A stretch of DNA of 64,000 nt from Rhynchobatus australiae (lineage: Eukaryota). Positions within the stretch are counted from its first letter, which is position 1, and the number at the start of each line of letters is the position of its first letter. The translations under genes and the position numbers were made by a program. The notes below the pieces were generated by a model. The model was given only the letters and a program-made list of their open reading frames with translations, was not told the origin of the DNA and did no database searches. The DNA is taken from NCBI GenBank assembly GCA_034780895.1, contig JAUZTB010000118.1, positions 54,926,034 to 54,990,033 on the forward strand. The letters run 5' to 3'. This document shows positions 27,501 through 39,400 of the stretch, in pieces.

Positions 27501-28629
27501 GGTTTGTGCTGGCTTGCAGCAGAGCAATCACATCATTCTTATTATTTCTCTACCACTGCCTTAAACACATTCAAAGTTTGTTTCTACCGCCCTTTCAAGA
27601 AGAGTTCCAAAGAACCAACACCCTTTGAGAAAAAAAATTACCTCATGTCTTAAATGGATTAAACAGTGACCAATTTGAGATTCTCCCAAAAACTTCCTCT
27701 CTGCATCCACACTGTCAGGACTCCTCAGGATCTGATGTTTCAATCAAATCCCCATTCTTAAATTCCAACAGGTACAAGCTCAGCTTGTCCAACCTTCTTC
27801 CAAAGACCAACCAGCCCATTCAAGATATTGGTCAAGTAAACTTTGAACTGTTTCCAATACATTAACATCTTTCCTTAAAATTAAAAAAGGCCAAAGCTGT
27901 ACACATTTTCCTGTGCTCAGCAATGATCCGCGCACCTGGAGAACATCATCCATTTTTCTGTTCTACTTACAATAAACAGTAATATTCCATTAGCTTTTCC
28001 AATTGCTTGTTTCTGAGCTGCATGTCAGTCACTCACAGGGCCTGCAGTTAGTCCACCCAATCCCTGCGCACTCTGCAATGGACCCTGCCAACCAAGCCAA
28101 TCACCTCCCTAGACTTGAGCAATGAACTGTGTTATACCAAGGCACGCGCATTCGAAAAAAAAATCAATTAAAGTAAAACACTCCACAGGCATGGATTTAA
28201 ATGTAGTTAATGTAATAGCCTCCCCACCCTCTGAAACAAATATGCCCAATGACTTCTGCAAGTTACTGCAATGAAAGTATTTTTTCTACAATTTGTCTTT
28301 GTCAGCAAATCAGACATTGTTTTGTTCATCCCATAATTTAGGTAGGGCTGTGCAACAGCAGAGGTAGAATAAAAGAAAAAAGATGTCTCTTGTTCAATAG
28401 AAATTATTTTTAGCTATTCTCAATTAACCTTGTTGCCAATGATCTCTCAGCTCAAGAGACTCAACCTCATTTCCCCTGCTACAGTGAGATATAATTAAAA
28501 TATCCTGGGTACTATGTACACCCACCTATCCTGATTGTCTGCTACAACTTTAACTGAGAATAGAACTGAAAAAAAAATCAGTTTTTGAAACTAGATAATG
28601 TTCCTTTAGAACTTTGCCCAGAATTGTCT

Positions 28630-28935
28630 TATGACACAGGAGGCCATTCAACTTATGGGGTTGATGCCAGCACTGAGCAAAGCAATCCCATTCCCCCCTT
28701 GGATTTTTCCCCGTAACCTCTCAACTCATTGTCTCGCACATGCCATTCACAGCCCACCACTTTAATACGTTTCCTACTTACCTACACCAAGGGTAATTTA
28801 CCATTGCCAATTAACCTACTCTCAAATCTTTGTGACATGGAAGGAAACCAGGGCACCCAGAGGAAACCCATTTGGTCACAGGGAGAACATGCAAACTCCA
28901 CTCAGAGTTCAGGATCAAGCTCAGGTCACTGGAAT
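28630..28935 (-). mobile_element. Degenerate HE1/V-type SINE with CR1-like tail
   Basis: 'ggaaggaaaccagggcacccagaggaaacccatttggtcacagggagaacatgcaaactcca' V-domain. Confidence 0.75.
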
Positions 28936-30789
28936 TGTTTTTCTATGTAAAAGTACCAATTTATTTTTCAAAATAGAACTTTTTATACCTGTACTTGATT
29001 CCTTAAAGATTCATTTCCATCCCCAAATGTTTTTCTCCATACAGTTAAAAGGTTTGTCCTAGGGTAGCCATTGCTTCCCTTACTATGTTTAATAGTTACC
29101 TTGCTACTTCCAGGCAGTAATATGCCATCCAAGATGGACTTTTGAGCACACAGCAATCAAATTGTTTTTTTCTAAAAAAGGAAATCACACTACCCAAGCA
29201 AATCATCCATACACAAAGTGCATGTGGAAGTACACAATTAAAATCTGGAAGTCTTTCTACAACATTTATAAAATCTCACGGGCATAAGGAAAAGAGAATT
29301 TTTGAGACATTTCTGCTTACTTTCCATTATAGAAGAACTTATTCTCCTTCCGTCTGATTTATTTTTGACCTTTTCAGAGATCAATGCTCACTGTTAAAGC
29401 ACNNNNNNNNNNNNNNNNNNNNNNNNNNNNNNNNNNNNNNNNNNNNNNNNNNNNNNNNNNNNNNNNNNNNNNNNNNNNNNNNNNNNNNNNNNNNNNNNNN
29501 NNCACTGTTAAAGCACACCACCACAGGTGCTGGGCACTTGCTGCCACAACAACCAATGCAATTGGCTATGCAAAAGCTTCTACACTAAAGCAAGAATAGA
29601 GTTTGATTCTGAGGAAGTATTACTGCACAGTATTGTCCTTTGTAAGCCTGCAAACCCAAGTATCCTAATAATTAACCAAAGATGCCATTAAAAAAGTCTT
29701 AAAGCCAGTCATTTGTGACTGTGATATTGCAGGAATTGTACGCTTTGCAGCAAGTAATTTATTCTTCTTTCAACATGCACATGAATATAAACTAAAACAA
29801 AACTAATAGAGTACAAATCACAAGTCCAACAGAAGGTAATATTTTAAAAACACAGGAAGTGGAAATTAACTACATCTAAAATTATTTCAACATATTACAC
29901 AATCTCATCTCTTTGACCCTGGGTAAATAACACCGCACAGATGCTCAGATATATATGTAATGCAGAGATTAAGGGACAAGAGTAGATAGTTAGCAACTGC
30001 AGAAACAAAACAGAATCCCTCACAGCCAATACAATGCATACAATTACTTCCCAATTTAAAAAGTTGAAATTTTTATTTAAAAAATCAGATTTTTGAATGA
30101 CCCATGAACACTACCTCATTTGTTTTGAACTATTTTGTAATTTATATTAACTTTTGTCTTTGCACTGTGCTGCTGCCACAAAACAACAAATTTCACATCA
30201 TCAGTCAGTGATAACAAACCAGATTCTGAAATAAATCTTTGTTGGTGTGCAAATGCTACATGTCCACATCTGGAAAGCAAGATCTTTAAAATAATCTGCC
30301 GTGGAATCTGTCCATTGGTTTAATTTATTCTGGATGTAACATTTTCAAGCTGTTGACCAATTTATCATGCTTACAGTGATTCTGTTGTCTCAGCTGCATA
30401 TAACTTGCAGATTCTAACAGTACTTATTGTAGAAAAATGAATTATTTATCATACCAGTTCTTGTGAACTGAAAAACACTGTGCCCCTGGTCATATTTGTT
30501 TTCCACAATTCATAAAACACGATATCTTAAAATAAACACTTAATTGACCAAAGCCTGTGAAGAAACTAGGCATACAACACACGAATAGCCTTACATATTG
30601 GTAGGGGTAGAACGTGTGGGAGTGTAACACATGGGAATCAACTGCATTTATGTGGTGAAATATCTATGCAGAAGATGATGATTGTAATAAAATCAAAATG
30701 CAACAAGCATGCCAAGGATTAGATGGATGCAGCTGTTCCCAAGTTGGGGTTTTATGGAGTTGGGGAGGGGCTGGTCAGGAAGACAACAA

Positions 30790-31600
30790 GGAAGGCCCAG
30801 GACAGCATGGTGGTACAGGTAGATTGGAAAATGGCAAATGCAGTGCACATATACAAAGACAAAGCAGATATGGAATTACCATTGTCATGGGCATTAGTTC
30901 ATTTTGCAGTAGAACACAATTGAAAACTTGATTACCTGCACAAAATTAATGAACAGCATAAGATTCACAAGGTGAATGTCTAGCCTGACCAGTTTCTTCT
31001 TCTCCTTCCAACTGAAGTGAAAGATGGACTACTGACAGCTCCTGATGTGCTGCATCCAGGCTTACACTTGACAAAGTTTCGCAGCAAAAAAAATTTAAGT
31101 TTAAAACTGTAGAGATTCAAGTGAAAACTGGATTAAGGGCAGGAAGTATTTGAGTAAAAGGTTGTGGGATTGAAGAACTTAATGGGAATGTTTTACTATT
31201 TTGGTTTACAATTTTACATAAAATTATTTGGATTCAGAAACTCTATGCAATATGGTTAAATTTACATACCAATCTAAAGAGGGCAAGGGAGCTCAGAAAT
31301 TACATCACAAATTGGACAAAAAGGTAAGAAACAAAGAAATGAATTCTAATGCAATATGAGTGGATACAAGCAGAGATGTGACGTGGCGTCATGCTTGGCA
31401 TTCGGAAGAAGAGATCCAAGGCACAAGTCAGAGAACACGGACTCAATTTCCTTACATTCTAGAATCTTGAATACGTGCTCAGCTCTGGTTACCGAGACAC
31501 AAAAGAATCATTCAAGCATTGGAAGGAGCAGATAGAAGTAGTCCAGGCGAACCTCCAGAATCAAAGGTCAGTGTTATGATAAATTTTCACATTACACCAA
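30790..31600 (+). mobile_element. Very old CR1 RT remnant
   Basis: VQVDWKMANAVHIYKDK resembles the CR1 VPEDWRxANVTPIFKKG motif; further decayed CR1-like blocks follow. Confidence 0.55.
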
Positions 31601-34600
31601 AACAGTGAATGGCATCCAGGAGCAATAATTAAAAGTGAAAAGTTGATAGCTGAAATGGAGAGGGGTTTCTCCTGAAGAGGAGCTGTGTCAAGCAGACCTT
31701 CACAACTGAGTTTAGGAATTCATGCAGAAATTACTGCTGCAAGGATAATCATGCAAGAAAATTTCTACAAATTATGAATTTCATCAGTTCTGCTGCCAAA
31801 TGTATTAAACAATCAAAATCCCAGGCAGTTTAACACTTTATGAACCTAAAAACCACATCATATTCACCAGCTTAACCGTCAATCATAAATAAGCAAAAGC
31901 TCTTTCAGGTTAGGTGAACTTATATAGTAACGAGAACAAAACAACTCAACTATTAAATAACATAGGGGTACAACGTTAACAGACATGGCTTGGGTTCAAA
32001 AAGACTGATTTAATTTATCCTTAAAATGAAAAAGACAATTCAATGTGTGATTTCCCTCACTGCCAGAGGGTTAATCTAGGGTCAGAACTTCAGAGCCAGC
32101 CAAACCACAGGAAAGGTGCTTGAAGAAGGGTACTCATGAAAGGGATAGATCTCCCCAGTGAGGTTGTGGATTGATGTGGAATTGAAATTTTCACATCAAG
32201 TTCAAAAGATGTGCTTGTAAGAGTATTAAGGATATGAAACAAAAGGTAGCCATTTGGAATTGCAGATCAGGCAAAAGGTTGTGACCAAACTCAAGAGTGA
32301 CCTCATCTTATACCTACAGGTCTATGGAATTAAACACAAGAACATAATTGGAAGCAGGAGTTTTGGCCATTTGGCCCTTTGAACCTGCCTCACTATTCCT
32401 CACAGTGATGCCTGATCACTATATTTGAGCACTAAGTCTATATCCCTCAATTTTCTTTGTACCCAGAAATCCATTCATCTCAGATTTTTAAAATGAATGC
32501 ACTGTGCCTCTGGGAAGAAAATTCCAAAAGGTAATATAATACAAGAATAACCAAAGCATACAATTTACAAGCAGCATCTTGCCACAAACTGGAAATAGAT
32601 AACAAATCTAATAAACATTAGACAGCAGTTTGTCAAATAGTAGCTTGTAAACTCCACCCCTTTAACTAAGTCTCTCTGACTATTTCCCTATATCTCAATG
32701 ACAGATTTTACTTGATAATGCTTCTGTGGGATATTTCACTCTGTCAAAACCACCATACAAATAGACATTGCTGGTAGGTGGAAACATTAGTATTTTAAAA
32801 TCATGCTGTGGACTCTGTTGAAACCATGCAAGTGACCAGAACAGATATACATGATATTTTACTCAAAAATACTACACTGATAACTTGATCATTTCAATAA
32901 TCCCCAAACCTTTGAGTCTGAGCCAGAAGTTGGAGATTAAAGCCACTGTCCAGAGAAAGCTTGTTGATATTAGTTCTAATTCTGTTGTGGAGCAACTTCT
33001 ATTACCTGCACTTAATAATCACCCAGTTAAAATTAGTCTTAGCTGGTAAACCCATATATAAAAGGCTGGTTTTCCTCCATTTACAAAACAGATTCCGTTA
33101 CAGCCAGTTAAGACTCAAACAGCCTTTCACAGCAAGATAACCAGAGCTCATACAATTTTATAACTCATTACCTTGTGACAACAAAGCTTGGAAGCACTGT
33201 TTACAAAATGAACAGCTAAGTAATAAAAGTATAATGTTGTTCTTGTCTTACCTATTGCAGAAATAAACATAACCAATGGATGTGGGTCACAAAGCAGCAA
33301 TCTATTCAAACAATGCAGACAATATCAGCTAAATCTCTGCCACTTAATTACATTTGCTTTTCCTACAAATTAAAACTTCTCAGCTCTTCAAGTCACCACA
33401 CAGTTATCCTTTTGCATATCTCAAATTACACAGTCGACACCAATTTATCCTTGGCAAAACTACTGCTCCTCAACTTGTATCTATCTTCCGCCCAAGAGGC
33501 CGACCTATACCATGCCAGGTCTTTCCCTTTCACTCTGCGGTTAGATGACTGGAATATCTGTACCGAACACCTGCAGAGAACACTGTAACAAAAAGCACAG
33601 CTGCAGAACCTGCAAGGCAACACCATAATTTAGTTAAAATGAAGGGGTATTCACCACCTCACCAGCAGAATTATTAATAAATGTTCAAAGGACAAATAAA
33701 ATTTACAGTATTATTAAACAGAAAAGCTCCCATTAACAAGAAAAAAAAACAGCTAGAAAGTAAGTACACCGAAACCATTTGTTTTTGACTAGAATTGACA
33801 CCGTCAATCAAGTCTTGCGACAAATGTTGCGTCAAATTGTTAGAAGACACCGGCATACACTGGACTTTTAAATAAATAAAAAGGAAGTCGAATCAAAGCA
33901 AAATCCCAAAGGCCGTGGTTTCCGTGAATATCTCCACAGATCTTTAAACAAAAAGAACCAGAAACAAATTGTTCTAAAAGTAAAATAAAAAGTTACTTGG
34001 ATATCTTTCCAAAGGCTTTCTTGTAGTTTTTGGTGGAATATGTTACAATTTTGCTTTTGAACAACATGTACATCACGAATAAGCACCACGATGGGAAACA
34101 GGAACACTTGGAAAATAAGACCTAACCTTGGGGAATTAACAAAGAAAACAGCAGTGCCCACGATTCTGGTCAAGGTAAACCCTGTCGCCTGCAACAGGAC
34201 TCTCTCAGCACGAGAGAAGGAAAACCTCCACTCAGGGTCACCACTCCTGCTCTGTGATTCGGACGTGTTACCATCCACATCAACTGGCTTCTCTNNNNNN
34301 NNNNNNNNNNNNNNNNNNNNNNNNNNNNNNNNNNNNNNNNNNNNNNNNNNNNNNNNNNNNNNNNNNNNNNNNNNNNNNNNNNNNNNNNNNNNNNNNNNNN
34401 NNNNNNNNTGGAAACATTAATGAATACCTCCGGGAAATCCAAATAAATAATATTTATATTTACAAAATTTTAGATTGTGGATCAACAAACGTTTACATTT
34501 AACAATTAGGAACAAGAACGTTAATTTGCTGGAAAGTGAACGCAAGTAAACAGGTACTACAAATATGTACAGTCCCATAACAAAAGTGCAAGTTATATTT

Positions 34601-34767
34601 ATTGGGCATTTACCCGGCTGTGTATATATAGCGATAGGAAGCTCCTTCACTCTCATTCTACAAACAAGCCTCCCTGCTCTCCAATGTAAGCCAGCAGGAA
34701 AGCAGCGAAGACCTACAACTTCCACCAAACTACAAGTTTCTCTCAAAACTCCTTGCAACTGACTGAC

Positions 34768-34960
34768 CTCGTTCACTGCACAACCGGGAGGGAAGCTAGT
34801 TCTGTCCGAAAGACCGGTAACTTTAACTTTCTTCCACCCACCTCCTTTTGTAACCGAACACACAGAGGAGACTGCCGTGTCGCTGCTTTGTACACACAGG
34901 ACATAGAACCGCACCGCGCATGAACACCAGTATATTGGGGAACTGTGGGAGATGTAGTGT
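34768..34960 (-). promoter_or_regulatory. Promoter and non-coding first exon, probably KANK1 (by synteny only)
   Basis: CpG-enriched, repeat-poor zone ~33450-35030. ACTACATCTCCCA (ZNF143/THAP11-type ACTAYRNNNCCCR motif) on the minus strand at 34946-34958; GCGCATG NRF1 half-site near 34917; strong donor GAG|gtcagt at 34768/34767. KANK1 follows DOCK8 on the same strand in vertebrates. Confidence 0.6.
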
Positions 34961-35074
34961 CACAGCACTGAGTCTCAATAATAAAACTACAAAGGCTTAA
35001 GGAACTTTGGACAGCTTAATCGCAGTCCATTTTTAACAGTGCAAAGGAGGTAAAGGAAAAAAATTACAGAAAAA

Positions 35075-35180
35075 AAAAGACTTGCACTTTTGTATAGAAG
35101 ATTTTATCTGCCAATGATATTTTACAGCCAATGCAGTGATTTTGAAGATTAGTCACTGATGTAATGTGAGAAATGCAGCA
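35075..35180 (-). mobile_element. Deu-SINE 3' tail (left half of a split element)
   Basis: 'aaagacttgcacttttgtatag...tttacagccaatgcagtgattttgaagattagtcactgatgtaatgtgagaaatgcagca' matches the reverse Deu-SINE tail. Confidence 0.7.
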
Positions 35181-35640
35181 AACGGGAAAGGATGCGAAAA
35201 AAAAGATTTATGAGGATGTTACGGGGATTGGAGGGCTTGAGTTGTAAGGAGAGGCTGGATAAGCTAGGACTTTTTCTCTGGGGCATAGGAGGCTGAGGGG
35301 TGACCTTTTAGAAGTTTATAAAATCATGAGGGACATAGATAAGGTGAATAGCTGTGGGAGTCCAAAGCTAGAAGGCATAGGTTTCAAGTGAGAGGGAAAA
35401 GATATAAAAGAGACCCGAGGGATAGCTTTTACACACAGAGGGTGGTGCAGAATGAGCTGCCAGGGAAAGTTATAGAGGCAAGTACAATTACGACACTTAA
35501 AAGATATTTGTACTGGTATATAGATAGGAAAGGTTTAGAGGGATTTGGGCCAAATGCAGGCAAATGGGACTAGCTCACTTAGGCAACTTGGTCAGCATGC
35601 ATGTTGGGCCGAAGGGCCTCCTTCTGTGCTGTATAGCTCT
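35181..35640 (+). mobile_element. HER1/CR1 3' fragment
   Basis: RLRGDLLEVYKIMRDIDKV and VQNELPGKVIEASTITTLKRYL remnants; tail 'gggccgaagggcctccttctgtgctgtatagctct'. Confidence 0.92.
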
Positions 35641-35733
35641 GACAAGCAGCTCCTCTGTGTGCTTTGTCAACATTCAAAGAACCGTCATGGCCACAAGCTG
35701 TTGCTGCTGGAAGAGGCTGTGCAAGAGTTCAAG
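35641..35733 (+). pseudogene. TRIM-family B-box-2 C-terminal fragment with native exon-end donor (DKQLLCVLCQHSKNRHGHKLLLLEEAVQEFK|gt)
   Basis: Matches the TRIM27/39/35-type pattern D-x3-C-x2-C-x5-H-x2-H-x4-EEAVxxFK at the end of the RING/B-box exon. The first His position is Arg (cgt). The 5' end is fused directly to a CR1 tail. Confidence 0.72.
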
Positions 35734-36092
35734 GTGAACAGACTGTGAAAGGTAAAACATGGAAACGGATCTGGGCTGGTTTCTCTGTTGGATTTAATCA
35801 TTTCTCAATAGAGCCGGAACTTCAAATAATGTGTTTGTGTTTCATGACTCAGTTCTTTATAACGTTGGTCAGGAAGCAGAAAGATAAAGGGAGATTTCCA
35901 TTTCAAACTGCCCTTTGAACACCCAATGAAATCTCCCGGACAGTTTACTATCAGATCAATACCGCTGGGTCCTCAATGGTGGGTGAGGGTCTGTGGGATG
36001 TGTTTACTTCACCTTGCGAAGTCTGGTTAATGCCCTGTCCAATTTTATTTATTTCAAAATATACTATATTCATAAAAAAATCTAAAATACAA

Positions 36093-36197
36093 AAGGAGGG
36101 CTATGTGGGAGGGAAGGGTTAGGTAGATCTTAGATAAAATATCGGCACAACATTGTGGGCTGAAGGGCCTGTACTGTGCTGTAATGTTCTATGTTCT
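36093..36197 (+). mobile_element. Short HER1/CR1 tail
   Basis: 'ggcacaacattgtgggctgaagggcctgtactgtgctgtaatgttctatgttct'. Confidence 0.85.
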
Positions 36198-36224
36198 CAA
36201 AGCTCTTTGGCTCTCTGATTCTAT

Positions 36225-36475
36225 ATTTGCATAAAACTAGCTCTCCCCAACGCCCAGATATCAATGAGTTCATGGCCACAAGGAAACTTCCTGCTCTGCT
36301 TCAAAATAGTGCTGCAAAATCTTCTACATTAACTTGAGAGAACATTAGGAACTTCAGTTTAAGTTCTCATCAAGAAGATAGCATGCCTAGCAGTGGAAGG
36401 TTGAGTAGTGCACTACAGCATAAGTTCACTATGTTGTGCTCTGATCTCCAATAGTGAGGCTTTAAGCCACAGTAA
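36225..36475 (-). mobile_element. Deu-SINE central domain and head (right half of the split element)
   Basis: 'aacttcctgctctgcttcaaaatagtgc...tcttctacattaacttgagag...cttcagtttaagttctcatcaagaagatagca' matches the reverse Deu domain. Confidence 0.68.
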
Positions 36476-39400
36476 AAGGTAGGTAAGTAGGTCCTGGGTG
36501 CATTGAGTAGAGATATGGATTTTGTTTACATTTTAAACTCTTTTGAATGTTTTGCATTACACCCATGATTTAATTGTGTTTAACAAACCCACAGAAGTTA
36601 TTTGTATCAAACACCATTGGTTGGAAACATTCACATTCAGAATGGTCTATTTTTTAATGTTACATTAAAAATGTAAGAAAATCTGAAAAAGAGGTTTNNN
36701 NNNNNNNNNNNNNNNNNNNNNNNNNNNNNNNNNNNNNNNNNNNNNNNNNNNNNNNNNNNNNNNNNNNNNNNNNNNNNNNNNNNNNNNNNNNNNNNNNNNN
36801 NNNNNNNNNNNNNNNNNNNNNNNNNNNNNNNNNNNNNNNNNNNNNNNNNNNNNNNNNNNNNNNNNNNNNNNNNNNNNNNNNNNNNNNNNNNNNNNNNNNN
36901 NNNNNNNNNNNNNNNNNNNNNNNNNNNNNNNNNNNNNNNNNNNNNNNNNNNNNNNNNNNNNNNNNNNNNNNNNNNNNNNNNNNNNNNNNNNNNNNNNNNN
37001 NNNNNNNNNNNNNNNNNNNNNNNNNNNNNNNNNNNNNNNNNNNNNNNNNNNNNNNNNNNNNNNNNNNNNNNNNNNNNNNNNNNNNNNNNNNNNNNNNNNN
37101 NNNNNNNNNNNNNNNNNNNNNNNNNNNNNNNNNNNNNNNNNNNNNNNNNNNNNNNNNNNNNNNNNNNNNNNNNNNNNNNNNNNNNNNNNNNNNNNNNNNN
37201 NNNNNNNNNNNNNNNNNNNNNNNNNNNNNNNNNNNNNNNNNNNNNNNNNNNNNNNNNNNNNNNNNNNNNNNNNNACAGTCAAAGCTCTGCCAAATAAATT
37301 ATGGCTCAATGTCTAATTCTGCACAATAGTTCTCAGTGATGACAGAGCACATTTTTTTGCTGTATCCAAGTTCTTCAAAAAATTTACTGTGTCTTGTGAT
37401 GAAAAGCAGCCTACCAGCTGCATTGAATTTACAGGGTGGATTCCTTAGTCAGCAAATTATCAGTGCATTGCTGTAATGATTATTGGTATAAATAGCACAT
37501 TCTAAAGCTACTAGAGAATTAGGAAAGACTGAGGGATCAATTACCTTACAGTTATCATTCAGAGACAGTTATAGAGAAAAGGCTTGCACATATCATACTG
37601 CATAATTGATTTAATGGTGCAATAGATTAATATGAAAGATATTTTCTTCTCTGCTGAGTAACTTGTAGAGAGGAATGTGATGAGACTCAACCATATTGGA
37701 GCTTTATAATCCTGTTTGTTTGGACCAACATGACTCAATTCTTAATGCCTATTGGAGCCATTGCAGAAATCCATCCAAAAAAAATTACACTAAACAATCT
37801 CTCAAAGGAAAAATCATAAAGGGATTGATTGGGAAAGATAGTTCTGGTGGATCTTTTCTGAAGAGTGCCACAAATATAGTTGGAACAAAATACTTGGGTG
37901 TGCAATGCATGACCCAGGCATACCAGTGCCAACACTTTGTGCTCTGAACACAACATTAGACCATTGCCAATGCTGGTAACAACAGAAGTATTCACAAATT
38001 ACAGAAAGCTTTCCTAGATATATGTTGAATCAAAGATGTCCTCAGGCTAATCTTATTATAACGGGGTAGATCATTCTGGACCCAGCTCATTGTTTGGTCT
38101 TTGCCCCCAGTTGCTACCCACCTGCACTAACTCTTTTCCAGATGTGGAGATCCATCAGCCCCCAGCTTCCCCACAGGCACAAAACTAGCATCCCACCAGC
38201 ATCCCTGGTCAAAGGTATTTGAACTGTCGGAGTAAAATAGATTTAAATAATTAAAACATAACAATATCTAAAATTAGAACATAATTTAAAACATTAAAAT
38301 TAAATGAAGTAAAATCACTTAATCATAATTTTTTAAAAAATCTTCATTTTGGGAAATCTGAGTATGACTGGCAAGACCAGCATTTATTGTCTGTGCAAAA
38401 TTTCCCTTGAGAATATGCTAGTGGCAACTGAATGGTCTGCTGGGCCATTTTAGAGGGCATTTAAGAGTCAACAACATGGGTACATTTAGACCAGGCTAGA
38501 AAAGGATTTCCTCCTCTGAATGAGATGAGTGAACTAAATACACTCGCCTTTTTCCACAAGTTTAGCAACACTTTTCAAATGGATGGACATTTCTGTTCGT
38601 AGGCCACTCTTTCCTGGCAAAAGGTTGCAGGAAGAGACATAGAGTAACATTTCAGGTCAAAGTATTCTGAAGGATTTTTCCTTCATGTGGTCTGACATGT
38701 TGAGTATTTCCAGCATTTGTGGTTTTAATTTAGATTCCCTCACTTGTCCCTATCTGGCCCGTAAAATATAATGGATCAACATGACAATTCAGACTGAGTG
38801 ATTTTTGAAAGATAGCTAGAACAATAGAGGAAGAATGGTTGTAAAGTCATTGTAATTGAAGGATCTTCCACAGTGATTCTCATAGCAAGTTAAGAGATAC
38901 TAGTCTAGGACTTATATGGCACAAAGAAACCTGCACTAAAATGGGCTAAAGTGACCACCATCAATTTCTTCTAAGTGCAGAAGAATTCCTTTTTAATGCA
39001 CACGATGTGCAAGAAATTGTGTACAAAAACAGTGCAATCTCCTACACTCATTACCTTGATACTTCGGGTATCACGTGAGAACTGCTAACTTATGCGTGCA
39101 ATAGTGTTCAATGGCTAGAGTTCTTAAAGCAGCAATTCTCAATGGAAACTACAGCTTTAAGTTGTCAATTGAAATCCAGATATTCAGGGAAGTGCCCACT
39201 GACATGTGATCAAACATTGTGGAGGTGGACACTCAGAGCAAGGATCAGACTGGTTAGACCCACTAACCTACCTTGTCGCAAAGCAAATCGAGGAAAATGC
39301 CAAGACACCTCATCTATCTGTGCATACGGTTGCTGCCTCTGACAGACTTCACTCAGTTCCTACTTGCCTGCACTTGCTTTTTCTAGGTATAGAGATTCAC

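Noticed and set aside
29389-29516. Repeat 'cactgttaaagcac' on both sides of a 100-N gap (also 'attgta' around 44871-44970)
   Set aside because: Same scaffolding-overlap artefact.
31370-31400. tgacgtggcgtca CRE-like quasi-palindrome
   Set aside because: Lies within a decayed CR1 remnant with no other promoter evidence.
34417-34914. 165-aa ORF (and the 136-aa ORF at 33868-34278) in the promoter region
   Set aside because: No homology recognised; they run through splice donors and are better explained as UTR/intron.
36665-37309. Long ORFs in the track composed mostly of X (also near 1728, 13641, 20297, 40512, 51519, 53909, 58698)
   Set aside because: Artefacts of translating through N-runs.
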